Source: a virus (taxonomy: Duplodnaviria; Caudoviricetes). Taken from it: DNA of 25,447 nucleotides. A model generated the notes under the pieces. That model saw nothing but the letters and a program-made list of their open reading frames with translations. It was not told the origin of the DNA and made no database searches. Numbering within the stretch: position 1 is the first letter of the stretch; each line of letters starts with the position of its first letter. The position numbers and the translations under genes were made by a program. The stretch is taken from positions 1 through 25,447 of IMG/VR virus record IMGVR_UViG_3300020235_000430. One strand, 5' to 3'. Below, in pieces: positions 1 to 8,785 of the stretch.

Positions 1-48
1 AGGAAGAAAAGTCCTATGAATATCGGCAGACTCTGAGAGACGACCAAC

Positions 49-945
49 ATGGCCTACGTGAACATCATGGACGCGAGCTTCCGGGCCGCGTTCGAGGAAC
101 GACAACTCGCACCCGTCCAGGCGACACCTACACCCTTCGACGGATGGAACCGCTGCTGCGGAGACGACGGTGGCAGAGTGGGGCTGGCCAAGGGCTGGCT
201 CACGATTATCGGGGGCAACCCGAAGTTCGGGAAGAGCATCCTGGCTCTGGCGATGGCCGCCAGGGCGATGATGGAGGGGGAGACGGTCGGGTTCATCTCG
301 CTGGAGATGAAGGCCCCCGCGTTAGCTGCTCGCCTCTACTCCATCATGACGAGCACCCCGATCTGGAAGCTGGAGAAGGTGGGCTTCACGGAGGCCCACT
401 TCAGGAAGGTGTGGAAGGACATGGCCCCTCTGCAAAACGAGCACAACTTCCTCGTGAACGACGACCGGATGTACGAGTTGAAGCTGGTGCAGGCGGCAGT
501 CGAGGACATGCGGCAGGACGGGGTCGAGTGGCTGGTGATCGACTACCTCCAGCTTTGCAGCCTGGGCGACGACAAGAAGATCAACCAGGCTGTCGGGGAG
601 ACCACCAACTGGCTGCACGCCTTCGCCCGTGAGACGGAGACGACGGTCATCGCGCTGTCACAGTTTAACCGCGAGACCAGCAAGAACTACCACGACACCC
701 CGATGCCCCAGGGCCTCCACGGCGGGATGATTATCGAAGCGACCGCCGACCAGATCATGCTGATCGACCACAGCCGCTTCGAGCGGACGAGGAAGAGCGG
801 ACGCACCTGGCTCGTCCTGACGAATCGGCACGGGCCCCACGGTGAGGTGCCCATAGAGTGGAACTACGACACCCTCCGCTGCCGGGAGCAGGAGCCCCAC
901 GAGGAGGGGACCTGGCCTGGTGAGAAAAAGGTGAAGAAGCCATGA
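49..945 (+). CDS. dnaB: DnaB-like (SF4) replicative helicase, ATPase domain only
   Basis: Walker A GGNPKFGKS, H1a FISLEM, Walker B LVIDYLQL, H3 IALSQFNRE, H4-like IEATAD and arginine-finger-like NRHG. Confidence 0.9.
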   Translation: MAYVNIMDASFRAAFEERQLAPVQATPTPFDGWNRCCGDDGGRVGLAKGWLTIIGGNPKFGKSILALAMAARAMMEGETVGFISLEMKAPALAARLYSIMTSTPIWKLEKVGFTEAHFRKVWKDMAPLQNEHNFLVNDDRMYELKLVQAAVEDMRQDGVEWLVIDYLQLCSLGDDKKINQAVGETTNWLHAFARETETTVIALSQFNRETSKNYHDTPMPQGLHGGMIIEATADQIMLIDHSRFERTRKSGRTWLVLTNRHGPHGEVPIEWNYDTLRCREQEPHEEGTWPGEKKVKKP

Positions 946-1538
946 GCCCGAAGCCACCGATCAAGCCTACACGCCGGAGCCGTGGCGAGGGGCCAGACGA
1001 GACCCTCCGGGACATCCAGAAGTCGTGGGCCCGACATGACGGCCTACCCCCACGGTCGCGGCTCACTGGCCACCTGGACCTCGGAGCCGATGAGCTTTTG
1101 CAGAGAACCAGCGCCATGCTCCCGAAGGAGAGGCGCGATCACCTGGAGGAGTTGAGTGGCCAGCCGCCGAAGGAAGAAGAAGCCCCCTCTGGAGAACGCA
1201 GAGGACAGCTACTGCCGGAAGACGTACCGGACGGTGGGGTGCAGCGTGGTGACCTTCAGCCAGCCCCGGAGGACGAAGCAGACGCCGGGGATCGCGGACC
1301 TCCTGGTGTTCGACGCTCGCTCCGGGACTTTCTGGTGGCACGAGGTGAAGAGGCAGCAGGGGGAGGAGTGGCTGAAGGTGGGTCACGGGCAGACGCCGGA
1401 GCAGGAGGTCTTCCAGAAGCTCGTGGAGGCGTTCGGGATGACGTACATCCTGGGGAGCCGGGAGGCGATGTTCGAGAGGCTAAAAAAGATCGGAGTGCTG
1501 ACCTGACCGACGACGAAGTGGACTGGCTCCTGGGATGA
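942..1538 (+). CDS. Hypothetical protein whose ORF encloses the VRR-NUC gene
   Basis: ATGA overlap with the helicase stop at 942-945 and with the next start at 1535-1538; codons look GC3-rich in this frame at 942-1155 and 1507-1538, but not in between. Confidence 0.55.
   Translation: MSPKPPIKPTRRSRGEGPDETLRDIQKSWARHDGLPPRSRLTGHLDLGADELLQRTSAMLPKERRDHLEELSGQPPKEEEAPSGERRGQLLPEDVPDGGVQRGDLQPAPEDEADAGDRGPPGVRRSLRDFLVARGEEAAGGGVAEGGSRADAGAGGLPEARGGVRDDVHPGEPGGDVREAKKDRSADLTDDEVDWLLG
1156..1506 (+). CDS. VRR-NUC family PD-(D/E)XK nuclease, putative Holliday junction resolvase
   Basis: Motif TPGIADLLV...WHEVK...QTPEQEVFQ matches the VRR-NUC pattern (PG.PDL...EVK...lt..Q); GGAGG RBS at 1145-1149 before the GTG start. 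Confidence 0.8.
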   Translation: MASRRRKKKPPLENAEDSYCRKTYRTVGCSVVTFSQPRRTKQTPGIADLLVFDARSGTFWWHEVKRQQGEEWLKVGHGQTPEQEVFQKLVEAFGMTYILGSREAMFERLKKIGVLT

Positions 1539-1996
1539 GCTTCGACGACGACAAACGCCACCTGGAGAGGCAGACGTTCTGCCTCCGGGCGTTCAGCAGA
1601 CGCTACGGTCTCACGTTCGACGAGGATCTCCCCAAGTTGAGCCACTTCGATGCGTTCCTGTTTGCAGACGGGGAGCGGCTGGCGCTCTGCGAGTTCAAGG
1701 GGCGGAAGAACAAGCACGACAGCTACGTGTGGGGCGGCGAGACGGAAGGGGTCGTCTTCTGTCGGGTGGACAAGTACGACTGGATGGCCGAAGCTGAGGG
1801 TGAGCACGGGCTCAAAGGACTCTTCGTCTACGGGTACGACGACGGCCTCTTCTGGATCACCAAGGCGGACGTGCCCACGGGCGACGTGAGAACCCTGAAC
1901 GGCAGGGATGGTGCGGTGCCAGCGTACTTCTTTCCGGCCAGGCTGCTGATCGCGGCGTACCTCGCCCCCTGGAGATACGGACCAGCACGACGATGA
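1535..1996 (+). CDS. Putative PD-(D/E)XK nuclease-fold protein
   Basis: FDAFL...LCEFKGRK resembles a D...ExK catalytic motif; ATGA coupling at both ends. Confidence 0.55.
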   Translation: MSFDDDKRHLERQTFCLRAFSRRYGLTFDEDLPKLSHFDAFLFADGERLALCEFKGRKNKHDSYVWGGETEGVVFCRVDKYDWMAEAEGEHGLKGLFVYGYDDGLFWITKADVPTGDVRTLNGRDGAVPAYFFPARLLIAAYLAPWRYGPARR

Positions 1997-2391
1997 ATAT
2001 GCACACCGGCATGTACATCCTCGACGACCTGAACAAGGTGATCGGCCCCGTGCCGGTGGAGGTCTGGGGCCCGTGGTTCGAGTCGGCCAGCACGACGCGG
2101 AGGCGCGTCGTAAGGCGTGAGGCTTACGCCACCCACGGGGAGGAGACCATCGAGGTCTCGACGGTCTTCCTGGGCCTCTGTCACCGCTGGAGCGACGATG
2201 GGCCCCCGCTCGTCTTCGAGACGATGGTCTTCGGTGGGCCTGATGACGGCGACATGTTCCGCTGCTGCACCTGGGACGAGGCCCTGGCCCAGCACAACGA
2301 GGTAGCAGAGCGCGTGCTCTCGGAGTACGGGGAAGCAGACGGACTCACCCTGGAGCAGCGTAGGGTGCTGGATACGATCCCGACTAAGTGA
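1993..2391 (+). CDS. Phage hypothetical protein
   Basis: ATGA-coupled start; the VSTVFLGL.H...PPLVFETMVFGG block resembles a recurrent phage hypothetical family (from recall). Confidence 0.8.
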   Translation: MNMHTGMYILDDLNKVIGPVPVEVWGPWFESASTTRRRVVRREAYATHGEETIEVSTVFLGLCHRWSDDGPPLVFETMVFGGPDDGDMFRCCTWDEALAQHNEVAERVLSEYGEADGLTLEQRRVLDTIPTK

Positions 2392-2575
2392 GCCAGGTTA
2401 GCAGGGCGACCACGATAATGAGGCCCAGGGCGAGGAGCTTCCCGGTGTTGCTCCGCACCACGTTCGTGACCCGCCTGACCTTCAGCTTCCAGAGCGGATC
2501 CGTCGTCCAGTGATCGGGGTCGGGCTCCGGGAGTTCATCCCCCGGCTTCCACCCGTCATGCGTCGGCTTGCCCAT
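2384..2575 (-). CDS. Small membrane protein, holin candidate
   Basis: C-terminal hydrophobic stretch LLALGLIIVVALLTWL preceded by basic residues; AAGGAGG RBS; last gene of the late operon, two genes after the endolysin. Confidence 0.6.
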   Translation of the reverse strand: MGKPTHDGWKPGDELPEPDPDHWTTDPLWKLKVRRVTNVVRSNTGKLLALGLIIVVALLTWLT

Positions 2576-2813
2576 CTGCTGCCTCCTTGGCCGCCTCCCA
2601 CGACGCCACGATGTTCTCGATGCCCACCGCGACGACCGGACTCAGCCGCTCGTAGTTACCCTCGACCTGGAGCCACTCCTTCGCTCCCGCCACGGCACTG
2701 GCGAACAGCACCTGGCCGACCGTCTTCCCAGCTATGTCTGACACCGGCATGTTGCCTACCCTCCAGAGTGCGCGAAAGAATGTCTTTGCTGCGATTCTCT
2801 TTTCACGAGCCAC
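2556..2813 (-). CDS. Hypothetical protein in the lysis region
   Basis: Fills the gap between the endolysin stop (2815) and the membrane-protein gene; GTG start. Confidence 0.6.
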   Translation of the reverse strand: MAREKRIAAKTFFRALWRVGNMPVSDIAGKTVGQVLFASAVAGAKEWLQVEGNYERLSPVVAVGIENIVASWEAAKEAADGQADA

Positions 2814-2814
2814 C

Positions 2815-3192
2815 TCAGTGTCGGCTCTTCCCGATCCACATCACGTCCTGGGGGAAGCCGTCCTCGGCGCTGTTCACGTCACCGTGGACGTGGCCGCCCT
2901 TGTGCCTGACGCCCTCGATAGCATAGTACACGCCGATCCGCTTGAACTCGGCATGGAGCAGGCCCTCCACGATGCGGATGCGGTCGGCTGAGGTCTCACA
3001 CCGGATGTCAACGGCCTTCCCCAGGTGGTGGGACTTGCCGTCGCCCTTCTCTCTCCAGTCGCTCGAAATGTGGAACGGGATCCCGGAGAACTCGCGGGCC
3101 ACGTCGAGTTTCGCGATAAGCTCCTGGTCCATCTTATCGGGGTGCTTGAACTCGCTCGTGCTGAAGTACGTACTGGTCTCGAAAGACGCCAC
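2815..3192 (-). CDS. Peptidase M15-family zinc peptidase, probable endolysin
   Basis: YF...EF...MD.ELI.KLD..R...GIPF.ISS..R, SHH.GKAVDI and HVH.D zinc-site pattern. Start moved to GTG 3192, which has GAGGT upstream and directly follows the stop at 3195. Confidence 0.85.
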   Translation of the reverse strand: MASFETSTYFSTSEFKHPDKMDQELIAKLDVAREFSGIPFHISSDWREKGDGKSHHLGKAVDIRCETSADRIRIVEGLLHAEFKRIGVYYAIEGVRHKGGHVHGDVNSAEDGFPQDVMWIGKSRH

Positions 3193-3194
3193 GA

Positions 3195-6100
3195 CTACCT
3201 CACTGACTGAAGGGCTGCTCGCACGTCGCTGGCCCACGACTTGGTCCGCCCATCGTTCGCGTTCATGTAGCGGCGGATCCGGCTGGACAAGTTACCGATA
3301 ACCGCCTGCTGCTGCTCGTTGTCCAAGCGCCTGAAGCCTGCGCTCCTGAACAACTGAACGACGGCCCCTTCGATCTCCGGCCCCTGGGTGCGCGTCTCCT
3401 CTCGGTGCTCCTCCCGCGTCTGGCCACGACCGGAGGCGGCCACGGGGACACGGAGGTCTGCCTCGGCCAGCGAGGCTTTTACGCCCGTCTGAGGGATCTC
3501 GCGGGGCACCGTGGGACTGAGGGCGGCGCTGGCTCCGAGCGGGATGCGCTCCCCGAACACGTCGAGCTTCGCCGGCACCATCCGCGAGACTCCGGGGATC
3601 CGGCGCATCATGCCGAAGGCCGCCGTCTCCGCCAGGTTGTCGCCCACGGTCTCCCGGAGGTACCCGTCCGAGAGGATGGCGAGGTCGGACATGATCGTGG
3701 GGATCAGGCTCCCGGTCTGCGAAGAGACGAAGCGGTCGGAGTACGTACCCCCGGACATGATCGCCTTGTTGATCTCGTTGATGCCGCGCATGAAGCTCTG
3801 CTCCAGGAACATCCTGCCGGCACCCTGGGCAGCAGCCATCGAGCCAGCCGTCGCACCCTGCTCGCTCACGTCCTGGAAGGTCTGGGCACCGTACCCCAGG
3901 AGGTTGCCGAACGGAGCCATGCCCGTGAGGGAGTGCCAGTTGTCACCGATGCGGACGGCGTAGGGGACCTTGCCGTGCTGCTGCCACTTCTGGCGCTCCG
4001 CGTTGCTGGCCGGCATCGCTCCGGTGGCGAGGCCCTTGGACGCGAGCCACGCACCCATGGCCATGACCCCCGCTCCGGTGGCCGCTCTGCTACCAGCCGT
4101 GACGAACTCCTTCTGGAGTTGCCGAAGCTCCGCCAGGTCCCGCATCGTGATGTTGCCGTTCTCTGCAAGCAGCACCTGGATGCGGTTACCGGCGACCCGG
4201 AGGTTCTTCGCTTTCAGGACCGTGTTCACGGGACCGAGAGGCCCACGCTCGATGAAGAAGCGCGTTAGCAGAGACGACGGCGTCCGGCGGAACGGCGCGA
4301 CCCAGCCGAAGGCGAAGCGGGCCAGGTGGCCAGCGACCCGGTGGTCGATCCTGGAGTCGAGCCTCCACGAAGAGAAGGTGCGGTCGAGGGCGGACATCAT
4401 CTCCGCGATCTTCGTCCTGTTAGCGAAGACCCGATCCACCGACTGACGCACGGCCTCGTCGATCATCTCGGGATGCGGGTCGTCCACGAGCGCCTGCTTC
4501 GCCGCCGCCCTACGGTTCTCCGGGAGGTGCCTGGTGAAGAGTTGGGCCTGCTCGTCGATAGCTCCCCAGAACGCCGCGAACCTGTACACCGCATCGTAAC
4601 CGCCCTGCAAGTCGAAGATCCAGGAGACGGTACGGCCCACCATGCTGTCGCGGTCCAGCCTGCCGGACTGGATCTCGTCCCACTTCCTCGCGATGACATC
4701 TCCTTCGATGCCCGCTTCCATGCCCTGGCTGAAGTCCTCTCCGTTGATGAGGACGCGCTTCGCCTTCTTCGCCCCCTCCCACGCTCCCTTGGACGCGGCC
4801 TTCGCTCGTGCGACCGGCGTGAAGATCGTCGAGCGGAACTCGGTGCCCACGCCCACGTCCACCTCCACGCCCTCGGCTCCACGTCGGGTGACTGTCCGGG
4901 GCACCTTCCTGACCCCGGAGACGAAGGGGGCAACGAAGCGGTCGAGGACCGTGGCCATCGCGCGCTCCGGCCCCTCCTCCAGGATGGCCTCGACGGTGTT
5001 CGAGAGGATGTTCCTGCCCATCGTCTTCACGCCCGTTAGCAGGCCGGCGCGGCGGACCTGAATAATCTTGTCGAGGATCCCAGCCTCACCGGACAGCGAA
5101 GTCGCCAGGTCCGACATGGCGCGGTTGTCGCCGGACTGCATCTTCTCCAGCGCCTCGTTGAAGAGGAGCTTCTCCTGCTGGGTGAGGTCCGGCATGGGGT
5201 TCCGGTTGCGGAGAAGAGCGGTGTCCCCAGCGCGTCCGATGTTATGGCCGGAGGCGATGGCTTTGATCTTCCGCATCTTCAGCATCCAGTAGAACGGATC
5301 CGCTGATGCCGTGGACATCGCCCGGAGCGAGTTCAGGGTGCGGCCAGCCTCGGACGCCCCGCGCACGAAGGCGGCCACGTAGGACTCGTTCTGCTTCTCC
5401 ATCAAGAGCATCGACCGTTCGATCTCGTCGGCCTCGTCGAGGAGTTGCTCCGCCCGCTTCGTCCCGATGGAGCGCGAGTCCACCTCGTCGAGGATCTGAC
5501 TCATCCGAGCACTCGCGTTGAATATCTTGTCCCGGTTCGAGACGAAGTTCCCCCGGAGCGCCATCAACTCGACCGAGTCCAGGTTCGTCCGCTTGGCCGC
5601 CCCCGCCAGGTCGTCCACGCCCATGTCCCTGGCTGCTGCACGCAGGGCGTCGTGGGTCTTCGTCACCGCCTCCGGGACCATGCCAGTGGCCAGCAACTCG
5701 TCGTAGGTGTCCTCGAAGGCCATCTGCGCCTCGATGTCATCCGACACCTTCGTGTACTGGACCTGGTGCCCCTCCGGCTTCGGCACTCCACGCACGACCT
5801 TGCGGGCACCGGCCCTGGGACCCGTGATGCCCTCCAGGGGCATGTCCTCGACCCGCGTGTTGCGGGCCTCGATCTCGGCCCTGGCCATCTCGGCCTTGGT
5901 GGCGGGCACCGGCCCCTCCGGCATGTCCCGTCCCACCCTGATGAGATCCTCAGCGTCTGACCGCTCCATGCCACCGGCCACCAGGTTGTCGATGGACTTC
6001 TGCTCAGAGATGGTCCTCGCTGCCTCATCGACCTCTGAGATGCGCCTCTCGGGCTCCACGCGGCGCTCTGCGCCCTCGAACACCTCTCCCCTGGCCCGTC

Positions 6101-6914
6101 TCTCTATTCCACGCTCCGTGCGCCCCTTGCCCTCACTGGCGAGGTCTGCGGGAGACTTCGGCGGGTCGGCCACGAACTCAGCGTCACTCACGCCCGAGTC
6201 GCCCTTCTTCCTCCGGGCCCTGGACCTCGCGATGCGGGCACCGATGATCTCCATGACCCCGCCGAGTGCGATGTCGATGCCCACCTCGGACGCGATGCGG
6301 ATGGCCGGGTTCTCCATGGCCTCGATGATCCGTTCGCGGGCCTCTGAGTCCTCGGGGAGGAAGTGAGCGAGCGCGGCTGCGGTGGACGCCTCGGGCCCAC
6401 CAGCAGCCTGGACCCCCGCAGCGGGCACACCGGCCACCATGTTCCCCAGGCGGGTGGTCGCCATGCCCGTCCGACCCACGATGTTCGGGGCCACGGGGCG
6501 AGCGAGGCCGGCGAGTCTGCTAACCCGCCCGATCTTGCCAGCAGAAGTGATCGCGCCCACGGTGCCGAGCACGCCAGCCGTCTCCGCACCCAGCCGGGAG
6601 ATGAAGGCCAGGGGCTTGTTCGCCTTGAACCCCACCCGGCTGAGTTCGCTCGACTGGTCTGCAAGCTCCTGCTGCATGGACACGAGCCAGTCGGGCTCGA
6701 AGTCCTCCGGGAGCATCATCCGGCCCACGCCCGCGACACCTGCGCCCATGGACGTGACGAACGCGGCTGGACCGGAGCCAGCGGCCACGAGGGCGTCGGC
6801 CAGGAAGTTCGTCCCCTTCCGCCGACGACGCATGTACAGCGCCTCGCGGAAGTTGCGCGCCGAGAGGCCGAGCCTTACCCGCTCGTCTAGTTCAGCCCTG
6901 AGTTCGGGATCCAC
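3195..6914 (-). CDS. Large internal virion / DNA ejection protein (1239 aa)
   Basis: Very long Ala/Gly/Arg-rich, apparently helical protein with hydrophobic Gly-rich segments; last and largest of three genes after the nozzle, as T7 gp16 is. Function inferred from synteny. Confidence 0.7.
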   Translation of the reverse strand: MDPELRAELDERVRLGLSARNFREALYMRRRRKGTNFLADALVAAGSGPAAFVTSMGAGVAGVGRMMLPEDFEPDWLVSMQQELADQSSELSRVGFKANKPLAFISRLGAETAGVLGTVGAITSAGKIGRVSRLAGLARPVAPNIVGRTGMATTRLGNMVAGVPAAGVQAAGGPEASTAAALAHFLPEDSEARERIIEAMENPAIRIASEVGIDIALGGVMEIIGARIARSRARRKKGDSGVSDAEFVADPPKSPADLASEGKGRTERGIERRARGEVFEGAERRVEPERRISEVDEAARTISEQKSIDNLVAGGMERSDAEDLIRVGRDMPEGPVPATKAEMARAEIEARNTRVEDMPLEGITGPRAGARKVVRGVPKPEGHQVQYTKVSDDIEAQMAFEDTYDELLATGMVPEAVTKTHDALRAAARDMGVDDLAGAAKRTNLDSVELMALRGNFVSNRDKIFNASARMSQILDEVDSRSIGTKRAEQLLDEADEIERSMLLMEKQNESYVAAFVRGASEAGRTLNSLRAMSTASADPFYWMLKMRKIKAIASGHNIGRAGDTALLRNRNPMPDLTQQEKLLFNEALEKMQSGDNRAMSDLATSLSGEAGILDKIIQVRRAGLLTGVKTMGRNILSNTVEAILEEGPERAMATVLDRFVAPFVSGVRKVPRTVTRRGAEGVEVDVGVGTEFRSTIFTPVARAKAASKGAWEGAKKAKRVLINGEDFSQGMEAGIEGDVIARKWDEIQSGRLDRDSMVGRTVSWIFDLQGGYDAVYRFAAFWGAIDEQAQLFTRHLPENRRAAAKQALVDDPHPEMIDEAVRQSVDRVFANRTKIAEMMSALDRTFSSWRLDSRIDHRVAGHLARFAFGWVAPFRRTPSSLLTRFFIERGPLGPVNTVLKAKNLRVAGNRIQVLLAENGNITMRDLAELRQLQKEFVTAGSRAATGAGVMAMGAWLASKGLATGAMPASNAERQKWQQHGKVPYAVRIGDNWHSLTGMAPFGNLLGYGAQTFQDVSEQGATAGSMAAAQGAGRMFLEQSFMRGINEINKAIMSGGTYSDRFVSSQTGSLIPTIMSDLAILSDGYLRETVGDNLAETAAFGMMRRIPGVSRMVPAKLDVFGERIPLGASAALSPTVPREIPQTGVKASLAEADLRVPVAASGRGQTREEHREETRTQGPEIEGAVVQLFRSAGFRRLDNEQQQAVIGNLSSRIRRYMNANDGRTKSWASDVRAALQSVR

Positions 6915-6917
6915 TCA

Positions 6918-8162
6918 TCACCTTCCCAGGATGGCGTCTGCAAACTGCTCCGGCGTGTTGGCATCGTCGAAGATGTTCTTCTGCCAGTTGAAGCCCCCAC
7001 GGCCCGGACGGTTCCCCGCGTCGGCCCAGTCGAGGCGCTCCCACACCTCGGCTGCACGGCTGATGAAGTACGTGCGGATGAGACGGATGGCCCCCTCGTT
7101 GTTTGCAGTCGCGGCCAAGACCTCATCGCGGATCGAGGGAGCCTCCCCGGTGTCGTCGAGCACCCTGGCCCACCACTTCTCCATCTGATCCTCATCGACA
7201 GCGTGCGAGCCAGCCGCGAGTGCATCCTCGGACATGGTCGCGAGATCCTCGGGACCCGTCTCCGCCTCGACGGCGGTCATGGTGTCCTCCACCCTCTGCG
7301 TGATCCTACGACGCAACTCGTTGTAGCGTTCGAGATCCTCGGGATCCTCGGGGGGACCCTCGAAGCCGAACCTGCTAAACATCTCGGTGTCCACCTGCTC
7401 CAGGACCCGTGCTGCGCGCTGGCGGGCCGCGACGTTGTCCGGGCCCCTCTCGCGGGGTCCAGCACGGTCGTACCTCTCGCTGTACTGGTCGAGGGCGATC
7501 TGGGCGAGCACGACCTCGTCGGGCTGGCCTTCAGTGCGCTCCGCGTTGTCCGCACGGTAGGCAGTGATGAGGGCCGCCTCGTCGGGCGAGATGCGTGCCT
7601 CAGCCTCGTCCGACCGCTCCTGGGCCAGGCGCTGGTTCATGAGGTTCGAGAAGGCGTACCTCTGGTCCCCTGACTCCAGGATCTGAACGTCGTCCGGCAT
7701 CGCGGGCGTGCCTTCCGGGATGATGGCGCGACTCTCCCAGGTGACCTCCCGACCCTGGGCCTCCGGCTGCGGGCCAGTGGTCGGCTCGATGCCAGCCTCC
7801 GGGATCCCCGGCATCTGGACGGCACCCTGGGGCTGGGGCTGCATCCCGAATCGGGGCTCGCTGATCCTGTCGGACACGCCGCCCTCCTTGAGCGCACGCG
7901 CCAGCGTCATGTCGGCAGGCGTGGAGCCCTCCGGGATCGGACGCGCACCGATGTCAGCCAGCTTCAACTGCCGGTCGAGGTTGGCCTGCTCGCGGTCGTA
8001 GACGCGCTGCTCCGCCCGCTCTGCAAACTCCGTCATCCGGGCCTCGTGCTCCTGCTGGGCACGCTGCTGCTCCTGCCCGCCGAGCACGAGGTTGTACCCG
8101 CGCTGGAAGGCCCTCTCGAACGTGTCGTCCCGCTGGGGGAGTACCGAAGGGCGGAAGGTCAT
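6918..8162 (-). CDS. Putative internal virion / ejection protein (414 aa)
   Basis: Glu/Gln/Arg-rich, coiled-coil-like N-terminus; TAATG overlap with the upstream gene; middle position in the ejection trio. Confidence 0.6.
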   Translation of the reverse strand: MTFRPSVLPQRDDTFERAFQRGYNLVLGGQEQQRAQQEHEARMTEFAERAEQRVYDREQANLDRQLKLADIGARPIPEGSTPADMTLARALKEGGVSDRISEPRFGMQPQPQGAVQMPGIPEAGIEPTTGPQPEAQGREVTWESRAIIPEGTPAMPDDVQILESGDQRYAFSNLMNQRLAQERSDEAEARISPDEAALITAYRADNAERTEGQPDEVVLAQIALDQYSERYDRAGPRERGPDNVAARQRAARVLEQVDTEMFSRFGFEGPPEDPEDLERYNELRRRITQRVEDTMTAVEAETGPEDLATMSEDALAAGSHAVDEDQMEKWWARVLDDTGEAPSIRDEVLAATANNEGAIRLIRTYFISRAAEVWERLDWADAGNRPGRGGFNWQKNIFDDANTPEQFADAILGR

Positions 8163-8773
8163 TATCCGCTCCCGTACCCGCTGTCGCCCTGGTTGCCGAT
8201 CCAGTCACCCACCTTGTTCCCGATGTACGCTCCGACCGGCCCAGCCACCGCTCCGCCGACGAAGCCCGCAGCGGTACCCGCAGCCTTCTTCAGGAAGCCA
8301 CCGAAGCCGCCTCCCTGGTTCGCGTTCTCCTCCCCCTGCGAGCGGTCGAGTGCGCCACCGATCATGTCGATCTGCTGGCCGTAGAGGTTCTGGCTGTAGG
8401 CACCCAGGCCAGCGGTGTTCCGCTGCGAGAGTTGGGCGGCGTTCATGGACTGCGCGGCGATGGCGTTGGCCACCCTGCGGTTGAAGTCCTGGAACATCCG
8501 ACCGGCGTCACGCTGGAAGAACCCAGAGCGAAGCCGACCCGATCCGGTGGCCGAGCCAGTGAGGGATTCGTACTGCTGCCCAAGCTGCTCAGTGGCCTCG
8601 TCGAGGAAGCCCTGGCCGTACTGTGAGACGGCCTGAGACGGGTCGAACTCCAGCGCCCGCGACAGGTACCCGGAGGACGCCGCCTCCCGGTCCTGGCCGA
8701 TCTGTCCGGCCAACTGATCGTACTGGCCAAGGGCCTGCTGCTCTCGCTGCCTCCCGAAGATTCGTCTGGGCAT
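8162..8773 (-). CDS. Putative DNA-transfer / pilot ejection protein (203 aa)
   Basis: Gln/Gly/Ala-rich with a C-terminal glycine-zipper-like segment GTAAGFVGGAVAGPVGAYIG; GGAG RBS; directly follows the nozzle genes. Confidence 0.65.
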   Translation of the reverse strand: MPRRIFGRQREQQALGQYDQLAGQIGQDREAASSGYLSRALEFDPSQAVSQYGQGFLDEATEQLGQQYESLTGSATGSGRLRSGFFQRDAGRMFQDFNRRVANAIAAQSMNAAQLSQRNTAGLGAYSQNLYGQQIDMIGGALDRSQGEENANQGGGFGGFLKKAAGTAAGFVGGAVAGPVGAYIGNKVGDWIGNQGDSGYGSG

Positions 8774-8785
8774 CCTACCACTCCA

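Noticed and set aside
1-48. 3' end of an upstream gene
   Set aside because: Several frames are possible (stops at 17-19 and 34-36), so the frame cannot be assigned.
1095-1103. CTTTTG as a possible +1 frameshift site ending ORF 942 at TGA 1153-1155
   Set aside because: Codons after the site still look coding-like in the original frame, and the T-run is explained by the YTTGCAG word.
7241-7352. Short repeats of CGAGATCCTCGGG(A)
   Set aside because: They encode recurring PEDL/PEDP peptides; too short and too few to be an array or an att site.
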